Shown here: positions 46,683 to 56,610 of the stretch, in pieces
Position numbering within the stretch: position 1 is the stretch's first letter
Layout: every line of letters starts with the position of its first letter
Program-made: the position numbers and the translations under genes
The notes under the pieces: model-generated
Told to the model about the DNA's origin: nothing
The model's input: only the letters and a program-made list of their open reading frames with translations
Databases searched by the model: none
NCBI RefSeq assembly: GCF_030442035.1
Contig: NZ_JAUJEA010000001.1
Location: 525,559 to 589,558 of the forward strand
Reading direction: 5' to 3'
Source of the DNA: Splendidivirga corallicola
GTDB lineage: Bacteria > Bacteroidota > Bacteroidia > Cytophagales > Cyclobacteriaceae
DNA length: 64,000 bases

Positions 46683-47756
46683 ATGAGCAAATTCTTTCAC
46701 AAGGCATTTCTTATTCTAACTGTAATAGTATATCTGAGCATATTTATTTCACCTGGTGTATTTTGGCCATTGGGTTTCCTTTCATTTCTTATTCCAATTC
46801 TGGTGATTCTTAATTTGATTTTATTAGGAATTTATATTGTGAAGAGAAAACCTATGCTTATGTATCCACTGATAGGGGTTATAACAGGTTTACCATTTAT
46901 TCTGGTAACGTTGGTAGTCAATCGTTCAAAAAGTGCCAATGCCGATTTTACGGTATTAAATTTTAATGCAAGAGTATTCAATGTTTACGCTCATTTGAAT
47001 CAAGACTATAAAAGTTCCAAAGACATGATTAAATGGGCTTCAAATGATGATGCTGATATCAAATGCATTCAGGAATTTTACAATGACAAAAATTCCTCAA
47101 TATTCAATACTACCCAAAGGCTGGGAGACAACAAGGATTACAATTATTATTTCAAGCCACAGTTTACTAATAAACAAGGAGCAGAATTTGGTTTGGCTAT
47201 CTTTAGCAAATTCAGGATCATCAACAAGGGATTTGTAAAACTCAAGGGCCGCAAAAATAACCATGCGATCTTTGTTGATGTGATCAAAGGAATTGACACA
47301 TTGCGAGTTTATAATCTTCACCTGGAATCGATGAGTATTGACGAAAACAATATTGTCAATGCAAAAAAACTTAAAAATACTTATATCGATCTTTTTCACA
47401 GGTTAAAAAGCGGAATTGTAATACGGGCAAATCAAGTAGACCAATTATTAGAGCACTTCAATAATTCTCCCTACCAAATAATCGTTTGCGGCGATCTTAA
47501 TGAATTACCCTACAGCTACACTTATTTCACATTAAAAAGTAAATTAAACAATGCGTTCGAGGATGGTGGCAATGGTTTTGGCTTTTCTTACAATGGAAAA
47601 CTTCCATTCCTAAGAATAGATAACCAGTTTTACAGCGACGAAATAGAAGTTTTCAATTTTGAAACATTAAGCGATGTAACCTATTCCGATCATTTTCCGA
47701 TAAAAGCAAACTATAGAATCAAAAGAAAAAAACAGAATAATTCCGAAGAAAATTGA
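46683..47756 (+). CDS. membrane-anchored endonuclease/exonuclease/phosphatase (EEP)-family protein
   Basis: Three N-terminal TM helices. EEP-like core (…FTVLNFNARVFN…, …LRVYNLHLESM…, …IIVCGDLNE…, …SDHFPI…). Confidence 0.6.
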   Translation: MSKFFHKAFLILTVIVYLSIFISPGVFWPLGFLSFLIPILVILNLILLGIYIVKRKPMLMYPLIGVITGLPFILVTLVVNRSKSANADFTVLNFNARVFNVYAHLNQDYKSSKDMIKWASNDDADIKCIQEFYNDKNSSIFNTTQRLGDNKDYNYYFKPQFTNKQGAEFGLAIFSKFRIINKGFVKLKGRKNNHAIFVDVIKGIDTLRVYNLHLESMSIDENNIVNAKKLKNTYIDLFHRLKSGIVIRANQVDQLLEHFNNSPYQIIVCGDLNELPYSYTYFTLKSKLNNAFEDGGNGFGFSYNGKLPFLRIDNQFYSDEIEVFNFETLSDVTYSDHFPIKANYRIKRKKQNNSEEN

Positions 47757-47793
47757 TTATCTAGTTTCGCTTTCGCCTAACCAATAAAGAATA

Positions 47794-48969
47794 ATGCAAT
47801 CCATACTAAATCACAAGCTCGTTTGCCAAAGAGACCAGTTTTTCATTCCGAATGATGTGGCCTATTTGAACTGTGCATATATGTCACCGTCTTCTAAAAG
47901 AGTGGATGATGTTGGACAGAAGGCTTTAATGCTGAAAAGATTTCCATACCAGATAACCGCACAGGATTTCTTTGATAATGTTTCAAAACTTAGGTCTGCA
48001 TTTGGGAACTTGATCAATACCATTGATTCCGATAGAATAGCAGTAATTCCCTCCGTATCGTATGGACTAAGTAGTGTTGCCAATAACATTCGCATTGGAA
48101 AGGGTGATAATATCATCATGGCGCATGAGCAATTTCCCAGCAATGTATATACCTGGAAATCATTGGCACAGAAATCTGGTGCAGATCTTTTGACTGTTAA
48201 GCCACCTTTAGATACTGATAATAGAGGAAAACAATGGAATGAAAGAATTTTAGAGGCTATTGACCAGAATACCAAACTCGTCGCTATTTCCAATGTTCAT
48301 TGGGCAGATGGTACTTTATTCGATTTAAAAAGAATACGGGAAAGAACAAGAGAAGTAGATACCCTTCTTGTGATTGATGGAACACAATCAGTAGGTGCAC
48401 TTCCTTTTGATATAGCTGATATCGAACCTGATGCACTTGTTTGTGCAGGATACAAGTGGTTGACCGGCCCTTATTCCATAGGGCTTGCCTATTATGGACC
48501 TTATTTTGATGATAAAGAGCCAATTGAAGAGAATTGGATTAACCGAAAAGAAAGTGAAGATTTTGCCAACCTGGTCAATTATCAAGATGAATATAAACCA
48601 AAAGCATTGCGGTATTCCGTAGGAGAGCAAAGTAATTTCGTATTGGTTCCAATGTTGCTGGAAGCAATAATTCAACTCAAAGAATGGGGTATTGAGAACA
48701 TTCAAAGTTATTGTACGGAACTGATGAGTACACCGATTGCTGAATTGCAGGATCTGGGATGTAAAATTGAAGACGGTGAATACCGGGGTAATCATTTGAT
48801 TGGAGCAAGATTACCGGAGCACTTGCAACTCGAACAATTGACCAACGAGTTGGTCAAAAGAAAAATTTATGTTTCTATTCGGGGTGATGCTATCAGGATC
48901 TCCACAAACATATATAACCATGCCGAAGATCTAAACAGGCTTGTTGACTGTATAAGAGATCTGAGCTAA
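47794..48969 (+). CDS. aminotransferase class V-fold PLP-dependent enzyme
   Basis: …LLVIDGTQSVGALPFDIADIEPDALVCAGYKWLTGPYSIGLAYY… contains the class V fold PLP-Lys region (AGYKWL). Confidence 0.6.
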   Translation: MQSILNHKLVCQRDQFFIPNDVAYLNCAYMSPSSKRVDDVGQKALMLKRFPYQITAQDFFDNVSKLRSAFGNLINTIDSDRIAVIPSVSYGLSSVANNIRIGKGDNIIMAHEQFPSNVYTWKSLAQKSGADLLTVKPPLDTDNRGKQWNERILEAIDQNTKLVAISNVHWADGTLFDLKRIRERTREVDTLLVIDGTQSVGALPFDIADIEPDALVCAGYKWLTGPYSIGLAYYGPYFDDKEPIEENWINRKESEDFANLVNYQDEYKPKALRYSVGEQSNFVLVPMLLEAIIQLKEWGIENIQSYCTELMSTPIAELQDLGCKIEDGEYRGNHLIGARLPEHLQLEQLTNELVKRKIYVSIRGDAIRISTNIYNHAEDLNRLVDCIRDLS

Positions 48970-50630
48970 TCCAATAATTTAATTTCAATTCGCCTATTTT
49001 TCATCCTGTTCCCATAGGTATCATTGGTTGTAAGTGGCTGAGAATCGCCAAATCCTGAGATACTCAATCTGTCGGGTGGAACTCCCTTATCGATGAAATA
49101 GTTAAGAAGTGTTTCGGCTTGTTTTTGCGTTCTATCATTGTGATAGGTATATTTTAATTCGTAAGCTTCGGTCACTGATTCTTCCGAATGGGTAGTAAAC
49201 GTGGAATCCTCCTCCATTTCCACACTAGTGCTGGCACTGTCCGTATCATAATTCGGAATTTCAGGTTGAGCCAGGTAAACAGTATCCACAGACATTTCTG
49301 TGAGCCCCTCCCGGTAGATCGAATCTCTCAGGACTTCGTCCGTATGGATCCCAATTTCTAAATTAATATTTGGATGATCCTTGAGGATTTTCATAAGCCT
49401 CCTAAGTTCTAAGTTGGATTCGGGTCTCAGAGCTGCTGAATTAGGTTCAAAAACAATATTCTGACTAACGAAATTCAAGCCAGGTTTAATCCTTTTTAAA
49501 GGCACTTCAATCTTTTCTTTGATCGAGGAATCCAATGAATCTTTGTAATAAATTTTTGAATAATAAAAGTGTTCTTTATCTAGCGAAACAACTGAGAAAT
49601 CATAGGCATCTCCGACAGGGAAAATCATTTGAAAATGTCCGTTATGCTCGCTTGTTCTTGCATATTGTACACGTTTTTGGCTATTAGCATCATACACCTG
49701 AACAAATGCTTTAATAGGTTCGCCTGATACTTCATCTATTGCCGTTCCTTCCATTAAAACCACCTTTTGAGGACGAAACTGCTCGGGCAATTTGGATACC
49801 ATTATATTGTGAAAATCGCGAAACTTTGATGAAAAGTAAACCTCTGTCCCTTTGGCTGGTACACTCGCAAAAAGGTCATCTGACGATGTATTCAGAAAAT
49901 ACAAAGGTTCCGGCTGGCTCCAAACTCCATCCATATTTTTCGCAATAAACAAATCCATACCCCCTTTCCCACTTCTGTCTGATGCGAAGATTAATGTTTT
50001 ATTATCAGGAAGAATTTTTGGCATCGATGCATTTCCATTATTGATGATACCTGAAAGTCGTGTTGGCTCATTCCAAAGCTCTTTATTCCTTCTTTGTGCT
50101 ACCCAAAGTTCACAACCTCCGGCCTCATTTTTATTCATTTGACTACAGCGCATGAAATAAATGGTTTGTCCATCGGGAGAAACAGATGGTGCACCATCAT
50201 GCCCTCCGGAATTAACAGGTTTCCCAATGTTCCGTGCAGGAGTCCAGTACCCTCCTTTCTTTTCAGTGAACATAATATCATATCCTCCAATTCCCTGCCC
50301 TCTTCTTGAACTGAAATAAATGGTTTTCCCATCATAACTCAAACTAAACCCCCTTATATAATTATAATCACTTGTTTTGTTCACTTCAGTAACACTTTCA
50401 GGGGTAGCCCATACCCCCGGTCTTGTTTGATAGGTATACATTAGCTCCAGTTGTTCACTTGGAGAATATGTGGAAAGGAAAATCATGGTTTTACCATCAC
50501 CACTTATGCTTGGAGCGATTTGATGTCTGCCGGTTATGTTGATGGTTTTGGGTAAAACCTTTCTGGCTATTTGGGCATTTATTTGGCTAATTGATGTCAG
50601 GGCGATTAAAGCAAAAATAATTCTTTTCAT
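48966..50630 (-). CDS. OmpA-family protein with N-terminal TolB-like (PD40) beta-propeller repeats
   Basis: Signal peptide. Repeated …SPDGKTIYFSS… type PD40 blades. C-terminal OmpA-like domain (…NLELRRLMKILKDHPNINLEIGIHTD… … GFGDSQPL…N…RRIEIKLL). Confidence 0.75.
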   Translation of the reverse strand: MKRIIFALIALTSISQINAQIARKVLPKTINITGRHQIAPSISGDGKTMIFLSTYSPSEQLELMYTYQTRPGVWATPESVTEVNKTSDYNYIRGFSLSYDGKTIYFSSRRGQGIGGYDIMFTEKKGGYWTPARNIGKPVNSGGHDGAPSVSPDGQTIYFMRCSQMNKNEAGGCELWVAQRRNKELWNEPTRLSGIINNGNASMPKILPDNKTLIFASDRSGKGGMDLFIAKNMDGVWSQPEPLYFLNTSSDDLFASVPAKGTEVYFSSKFRDFHNIMVSKLPEQFRPQKVVLMEGTAIDEVSGEPIKAFVQVYDANSQKRVQYARTSEHNGHFQMIFPVGDAYDFSVVSLDKEHFYYSKIYYKDSLDSSIKEKIEVPLKRIKPGLNFVSQNIVFEPNSAALRPESNLELRRLMKILKDHPNINLEIGIHTDEVLRDSIYREGLTEMSVDTVYLAQPEIPNYDTDSASTSVEMEEDSTFTTHSEESVTEAYELKYTYHNDRTQKQAETLLNYFIDKGVPPDRLSISGFGDSQPLTTNDTYGNRMKNRRIEIKLLD

Positions 50631-51011
50631 AAGCGTTATACTTTATGATTAAAAAGTATTTCAGTTATAACTAAAATTAGAGAAGATTTCTTGTCTTTTT
50701 CAATGAAAATTCAAGCTTTAATTGCAGATGACATAAATCAAAAAAGAGTAAAATCCTTAGTACATTTGCCCATAGTAACAGGAAAAACTCACGTTATTTG
50801 AGTGATAAATTATTTGATTTTTTGATAAACTTGTACAAAATCGATCGATCAAGTGTTCGGTTTTGTAACAAGCGAACAGAATTTCAGATAAATCATTTTC
50901 ATAAAACATTAAAAATCAATAACTTAAAAAAGTTGGCACATTCATGGTAGAAGAATGTGCAAAGGTCAAAACTCAAAAACTCATTAATTTTAGGATTCAA
51001 ACTCAACAACA

Positions 51012-51371
51012 ATGAAAAGGTCAACAATATCCACACTTTGCATCTGCCTGGCATTAGGCCTTCTACATGTGGCCTCTTACGCTGCAACCGATCCTAATAA
51101 CAATACCGATAAGAAGAAGAAAAAACAACATCAGGAAATAGCCAAAGAGCTTGATCTTGATTTAGAGCTTCAGGTTCTCAATGACGAAGTATTGGATTTA
51201 GAGCCTTTTCCTAAGATTAAGATTTACAATACCAACAATGTCCTGGTCTACGAGGAAGATGTTGCCAGTTTGAATGATATAACAGATGAGAACATTCAAA
51301 GATGTTTCAGCAACAGCAACGTATTGATGAGTCACAATAACGTGACCTATTACATTTTAGAAAACAAATAA
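51012..51371 (+). CDS. small secreted protein, paralog of 1943..2281
   Basis: Signal peptide (LCICLALGLLHVASYA). C-terminal half aligns with the 112-aa protein at 1943-2281. Lys-rich linker (TDKKKKKQHQ). Confidence 0.45.
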   Translation: MKRSTISTLCICLALGLLHVASYAATDPNNNTDKKKKKQHQEIAKELDLDLELQVLNDEVLDLEPFPKIKIYNTNNVLVYEEDVASLNDITDENIQRCFSNSNVLMSHNNVTYYILENK

Positions 51372-51560
51372 ATTCAGAGAAATCTGAATTCTCTTCATAA
51401 GCGTTAGGTTAAGTTTAAAAATCTTACCCACTCCGGGTAAGATTTTTTCTTTGTTGCACTTTACACCAATCTTTTTTTAAATCCTCCTAATTAGTAGCTT
51501 TGGTATGCAATCCTCAAATTGATTTTAATTGGGGTTTCGAGATCTTCCAAACCATGTTTT

Positions 51561-52370
51561 ATGCAGACAATCACTCCCTATGATATCATTGAACCCAAGG
51601 TTCAAAAAATACCGATCTTGGTAAGTGTACCACATTGCGGCACAAATTTTCCAACCAATATAAAAAATGATTTCAAGTCAACATTGATCCAATCTCCTGA
51701 TGATACGGATTGGTTTGTGGATAAACTTTATGAGTTTGTTTTAGAATTAGGTATCACCATTATCAGGGCCAAATTCAGCAGATGGGTGATTGATTTAAAC
51801 AGGGATCCTGAAAGTAAGCCATTGTATGATGACGGTAGGATTATCACCTCACTCACACCAACCACCACTTTTCTTGGAGAATCAATTTATGTGAAAGAAT
51901 TTCCTGATACGGAGGAAATTGAAAACAGGAAAAAGTTATATTATTGGCCTTACTACAAACAAATAGATACCATTCTTGAGGAACTGGAGCAACAATTCGG
52001 CAAAGTACTACTTTTTGATGCACATTCGATCAGACAGTATGTCCCTTCAATTTACGATGATGAATTTCCTGATCTGGTCCTTGGTGATAATAATGAACAA
52101 AGCGCAAATCCAGAACTTATCTATGCAGCCCTGAATAGTTTAAGTAATAGTCGTTATTCACTTCAACATAATGATCCTTTTAAAGGAGGCCATATCACAC
52201 GCTATTTCGGCAGACCCTCTCAAAACAGACACGCTCTCCAGTTAGAAATGACGAAGGTGAATTACATGGATGACGATGAAATAAAATATGATGATAACAG
52301 GGCTAAAAAAATGCAACAGGTTCTCACACAAATGTTTATTTCACTAAGAGACGCGCTCGATAAAATTTAA
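51561..52370 (+). CDS. hutG: N-formylglutamate amidohydrolase-family protein
   Basis: …ILVSVPHCGTNFP… and zinc-peptidase-like fold features of the FGase (PF05013-type) family. Start set at MQTITPY. Confidence 0.65.
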   Translation: MQTITPYDIIEPKVQKIPILVSVPHCGTNFPTNIKNDFKSTLIQSPDDTDWFVDKLYEFVLELGITIIRAKFSRWVIDLNRDPESKPLYDDGRIITSLTPTTTFLGESIYVKEFPDTEEIENRKKLYYWPYYKQIDTILEELEQQFGKVLLFDAHSIRQYVPSIYDDEFPDLVLGDNNEQSANPELIYAALNSLSNSRYSLQHNDPFKGGHITRYFGRPSQNRHALQLEMTKVNYMDDDEIKYDDNRAKKMQQVLTQMFISLRDALDKI

Positions 52371-52431
52371 ATAAATATTCATCCGGTTCAATTGCATCAT
52401 ATCTCGGAACTCTGTACAAACTTTGAAATGA

Positions 52432-53814
52432 ATGAAACATTATAGATTTGAAGGGCTGATCCAAAATCACGAATGGTTGGCTCCCGCATACATAAGTGTA
52501 AATGAAAAGGGTGAAATAACCTATCTCTCAAACAAAAAAGAAGACGAGGACAGAGAATATGAGAAGGTTAATGGATATGCACTCCCTGGCTTTCAGAATG
52601 CACATTCACATGCCTTTCAGTATGCTATGGCCGGTCTAGCGGAGAAACATACCCACGGTTCCAACCCCGATGATTTTTGGTCATGGAGGGAAGCGATGTA
52701 TCAATTGGCCCTCAGCATCGATCCTGATCAGTTGGAAGCAATAGCAGCAATGCTTTATGCGGAAATGTTAAGGCATGGTTATACTTCAGTAGCAGAGTTT
52801 CACTATTTGCATCATCAAAAGGATGGGAATACTTATAACAATCTATCAGAGCTTGGTGAAAGGTTGATTTCCGCTGCACAAACAACCGGAATAAAAATAA
52901 CTTTGGTTCCAATGTTCTATCAAAAAGGAGGATTCGGAATGGATCCATCAACCAGGCAAAGAAGATTTATTTCAAAGGATCTTGATGCCTATATGAACCT
53001 TTTGGAAAGTTCTCAAAAGAGCACTGCCATATACAGCAATGCTAATTGCGGAATGGGTATTCACTCATTAAGAGCCGTAGAGCCGGAAACAGTTGTCAGG
53101 ACTATTCAGGAACTTCCTGATAGCATTCCTTTTCATATTCACATTTCAGAACAGTTAAAAGAAATCAATGATGCCATTTCTTTTTTGAAGAAGAGACCGG
53201 TAGAATGGCTTTCAGAAAATGTTCAGATGAATGACCATTTTCATCTTGTACATGCAACCCACGTTTCGTCCAATGAAATCAAAGTGATTGCTGAAAGTGG
53301 CGCACATGTAGTTCTTTGCCCATCCACTGAAGGCAATCTCGGAGATGGTATTTTCCCGTTGAGAGAATTTCAAGCGCTGGGTGGAAATTGGTCCATCGGC
53401 ACAGATAGCCATATCGGTCTGAATCCGCTTGAAGAATTACGAATTCTTGATTACGGGCAAAGATTAACTTCTCATAAACGTAATACATTCGTCTCATCTA
53501 CCTGTAAGGATAGTGGTTTATTTGCGTTGGAAAAATCCATTCTAGGGGGCAGAAAGGCCATGGGGAATCTAAACAACTCATACTTCGCCATTGGCGAATC
53601 GTTTGATGCTCTCATAATAGATAAGGCCCATCCTTTGTTAAGCTGTTCAAAGATTGATAACCTCATTTCAACTTTAATATATGCAGGAGATCCAACTTTT
53701 ATGCTGGGAACGATGGTCAATGGCCAATGGCTTGTAAAGAATCAACATCATAACAATATCGAATCTATCAAGAATAGATTTATGAGTGTAATGGCTGATT
53801 TAGGGATTAGATAA
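52432..53814 (+). CDS. hutF: formimidoylglutamate deiminase (amidohydrolase superfamily)
   Basis: …GYALPGFQNAHSHAFQYAMAG… is the metal-binding HxH strand typical of HutF-type deiminases. Length 460 aa. Confidence 0.7.
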   Translation: MKHYRFEGLIQNHEWLAPAYISVNEKGEITYLSNKKEDEDREYEKVNGYALPGFQNAHSHAFQYAMAGLAEKHTHGSNPDDFWSWREAMYQLALSIDPDQLEAIAAMLYAEMLRHGYTSVAEFHYLHHQKDGNTYNNLSELGERLISAAQTTGIKITLVPMFYQKGGFGMDPSTRQRRFISKDLDAYMNLLESSQKSTAIYSNANCGMGIHSLRAVEPETVVRTIQELPDSIPFHIHISEQLKEINDAISFLKKRPVEWLSENVQMNDHFHLVHATHVSSNEIKVIAESGAHVVLCPSTEGNLGDGIFPLREFQALGGNWSIGTDSHIGLNPLEELRILDYGQRLTSHKRNTFVSSTCKDSGLFALEKSILGGRKAMGNLNNSYFAIGESFDALIIDKAHPLLSCSKIDNLISTLIYAGDPTFMLGTMVNGQWLVKNQHHNNIESIKNRFMSVMADLGIR

Positions 53815-53849
53815 TCCTCGATCAGTTTGACCTCTCTTTGTACAAGGAA

Positions 53850-55640
53850 TTATATTTTTAGCTGGGCTCCAAACATAAAACCCATCCACATATTTGGATC
53901 ATTTTGATTGCTTAATTGCAATTTCTCCAATGGAATTCTGAGATCTTTTTTGGAAAAATAGGTATTCCAGGCTACACCTGTGAAAACATAAAAGTTTTTG
54001 ATCGAGGTCCTGATAAAAGGATTTACTCCAAAAAATAATCTAGGTCTAACTAACAAACTGAGTGATTCGGTAAAACCTGACTCATAATTGATATGCATTA
54101 GTTGCAGATCATAGTTGATGAATATACCCCTTCCATATTTTTCCCTGCCAAAAGCATAACCAAGTCCCCATATTGGTTCATCTTCTTGTGTAGAGAAATT
54201 TCTGCTATAGGAAATTGAATTGACCACATGCTCCGATCCGGTTCCCAGTTCTGTATTAAAAAGAAATAATTCGCTGGTATAAGTCCTAAAGTATCCCCTG
54301 GTATCACTGCTTATATTTAATAACCCTATAGGAAATCGTTGTTCACCATTCGACCAGTTAATCAATCCAAACTGAACACCATTCATATTGCTGACCCAAT
54401 TCACCAATCCAATTTGAAGGCCATCCATGTTACGTTTGGTATAATTGAAAAATCCTAGTTGCATACCGGTATTGGGTGATGAAAGCCTAGAATGTTTTCC
54501 CTCTATATTCCCTGCAAAGTTAAAAGCACCGATCTGTCCTCCGTTCAATCGTTTTTTAGTAATATTAAGAAAAGCAGTTATTTGGACTCCGGTTACTTCA
54601 TCAGCTGAAAAATTACTGATCCCAGCTAATTGAACACCTGTTGTGGATTTTCCCACAATATTCCAAATTCCTGAAATCTGAACTCCCGAAGCATATTCAT
54701 AAGCCACATTCGTAACTCCAGCCGTTTGAAATCCTTTCATCGAATTAAATAAAACATTGCTTCCGGCACTTGCCTGCCACCCCCAGGCATTTCCTCTGAC
54801 AATATTAACTAAACCCGAGGCCTGAAATCCTCGCATATTATGATGATACCCCCTCCTACTAATTTCTTTTATCTCTTTGTTGGTAAGATCATATAAATCA
54901 TCACCGCCTACTACGTTTGAAAATCCAGCAAGCTGAATACCATGCACATCATCAGTGCTAAAATTGGACAACCCCCCAATCTCTAAAAATCCACTTCCTC
55001 TTGAGTATCCTGAAAATATATTCAACGATATTGTATTAATATATTTACGAGAACCCATTCCATTAGTACCTATTCCCGGGACGAGGGAAACTTGCAATTT
55101 TCTTCTTTTTGATCGATGATCAACTTTTTCAACATCAATTCTCCTCAAATCCTTTTTTTTCAACTGTCTTAGATACAAATCATTGGTTAATTGATAACTC
55201 CCTCTGGGACGAATTTTGGATAGGTATATCTCTTCCCGGTAAATAGTATTTTGTACAGAGTTGGGTGTTTTTTGAGAATTAAGGGATTTCCTTTGCTTAG
55301 CTACTGATCTTGTTTTTTTTAAAATCATTTGAGCACCTATTATATGATACTCCACTTTTGCAATAGAAAACAACTCCTGAAGCGCAATACTTAAAGTCTG
55401 ATTATCAATTTCAATAGATATGTTTTGATGAAGCGGTAATTGATCCAGGCTATACGAAAAATCTATGTTATATTTTTTTGTAAGATCTTCTAATATATTT
55501 TCCAGAGAAGTAGAAGCATATTTAAATGAGACCTTCTCTTCAAACAAGGAAGATTGTGCAACGCCATCAAAGGATACAAAAAGGACAAATCCTATAAAGA
55601 AAAGAAAACGGCGATTAATTTTTGTTTTCCGAACACCCAT
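53850..55640 (-). CDS. STN-like N-terminal domain protein with ~12 tandem 16-20-aa G-x-Q-[IL]-[AG]-x-x-x-N repeats
   Basis: Signal peptide, then …FKYASTSLENILEDLTKKYNIDFSYSLDQL…ISIEIDNQTLSIALQELF… (secretin/TonB N-terminal-like domain). Repeats GFQASGLVNIV / GVQISGIWNIV / GVQLAGISNFS / GLQIGLVNWV / GVQFGLINWS and others. Sits where a TonB-dependent receptor is usually found after ECF-sigma/FecR. Confidence 0.5.
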   Translation of the reverse strand: MGVRKTKINRRFLFFIGFVLFVSFDGVAQSSLFEEKVSFKYASTSLENILEDLTKKYNIDFSYSLDQLPLHQNISIEIDNQTLSIALQELFSIAKVEYHIIGAQMILKKTRSVAKQRKSLNSQKTPNSVQNTIYREEIYLSKIRPRGSYQLTNDLYLRQLKKKDLRRIDVEKVDHRSKRRKLQVSLVPGIGTNGMGSRKYINTISLNIFSGYSRGSGFLEIGGLSNFSTDDVHGIQLAGFSNVVGGDDLYDLTNKEIKEISRRGYHHNMRGFQASGLVNIVRGNAWGWQASAGSNVLFNSMKGFQTAGVTNVAYEYASGVQISGIWNIVGKSTTGVQLAGISNFSADEVTGVQITAFLNITKKRLNGGQIGAFNFAGNIEGKHSRLSSPNTGMQLGFFNYTKRNMDGLQIGLVNWVSNMNGVQFGLINWSNGEQRFPIGLLNISSDTRGYFRTYTSELFLFNTELGTGSEHVVNSISYSRNFSTQEDEPIWGLGYAFGREKYGRGIFINYDLQLMHINYESGFTESLSLLVRPRLFFGVNPFIRTSIKNFYVFTGVAWNTYFSKKDLRIPLEKLQLSNQNDPNMWMGFMFGAQLKI

Positions 55641-56610
55641 TGCCTGTTAATTCAAATGTGTTCCCATTTTTTTGCTTATAAGAAACATTCATGGTAAACG
55701 CCATTACTTCCAAAATATGTTTGATATCTTCATTTTCAAACGTACCCCGGAAATGACAATTTAAAAGTTCTTTATTTATAACCTCAATATTAATGTGGAA
55801 GTGATTCTCCAAAATTTTTATCACATTATCAAGTAAATCATCCTGGAATACTAATCGATTTGTTTTCCAGGCTATCGAATTGGGATCACTTTTTTCAAAT
55901 TTACTGATTGAGTTTTTCAACTTGTCGAAGTTAGCGCTGTTCCCGGGATTAAGAAAAACCTTTTCCTGTAAATCACTTTTTAAAGACGAGAAAGCCACTT
56001 TTCCTGAAAGAACAACAACTTCTATATTGTTTTCTTTGGCGTAACTTCTAATATTAAAAGTCGTTCCCAATACTTCTGTAATAGTGTTTTGGGCATGGAC
56101 CATAAAGGGCCAATCATCTTTATGCGCTACATCAAAAAAAGCTTCTCCCACTATAAATACCTCTCTTTGGTGTTTTTCAAAATGCTCCGGAAACCGGATT
56201 ACGCTATTTTCATTCAATAATATTTTACTGCCATCTGGCAGAATAACCTCTTTCTGTTGATCGGATGAAGTAATTTCGTTCCATACCATTTCTTTGTTTT
56301 GATATTGATAAACCAGTATTGTAATACCGAACAATATCACCAAAACTGCGGCAGCTTTCAGAAACCAATGAACTGGTCTTTTTCCTGCTTTAACCGCATT
56401 AAACAAATTTTGCTCCAGGTCAATCTCCCATTTCCGAGGCAGCTCTTCTTTTTTTGAGACTTCAAAATAGTCAAATTGCGCTCGATCCGGATAAAACTCT
56501 TTGGGAAGGTCTTCACGTTCAAGCAATTTTAAAAGCAGCTCATCTTCTTCACGAGAAGTTTCTCCGTTGTAGTATTTTTCCAATAAGGATCTTAATTTAA
56601 GATCAGACAT
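55615..56610 (-). CDS. FecR-family anti-sigma factor
   Basis: Cytoplasmic N-terminus, one TM helix (…AAVLVILFGITILVY…), and a FecR/DUF4974-type periplasmic domain. Overlaps the ECF sigma stop. Confidence 0.8.
   Translation of the reverse strand: MSDLKLRSLLEKYYNGETSREEDELLLKLLEREDLPKEFYPDRAQFDYFEVSKKEELPRKWEIDLEQNLFNAVKAGKRPVHWFLKAAAVLVILFGITILVYQYQNKEMVWNEITSSDQQKEVILPDGSKILLNENSVIRFPEHFEKHQREVFIVGEAFFDVAHKDDWPFMVHAQNTITEVLGTTFNIRSYAKENNIEVVVLSGKVAFSSLKSDLQEKVFLNPGNSANFDKLKNSISKFEKSDPNSIAWKTNRLVFQDDLLDNVIKILENHFHINIEVINKELLNCHFRGTFENEDIKHILEVMAFTMNVSYKQKNGNTFELTGNGCSENKN

Noticed and set aside
50925-50960. TGGCAC-containing sequence upstream of 51012 that looked like a sigma-54 -24 element (a sigma-54 regulator is encoded at the window end)
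   Set aside because: The -12 position reads GGTA rather than TTGC at the required spacing (GG to GC distance wrong by the consensus). The segment is better explained as a 7-bp inverted repeat CACATTC…GAATGTG.
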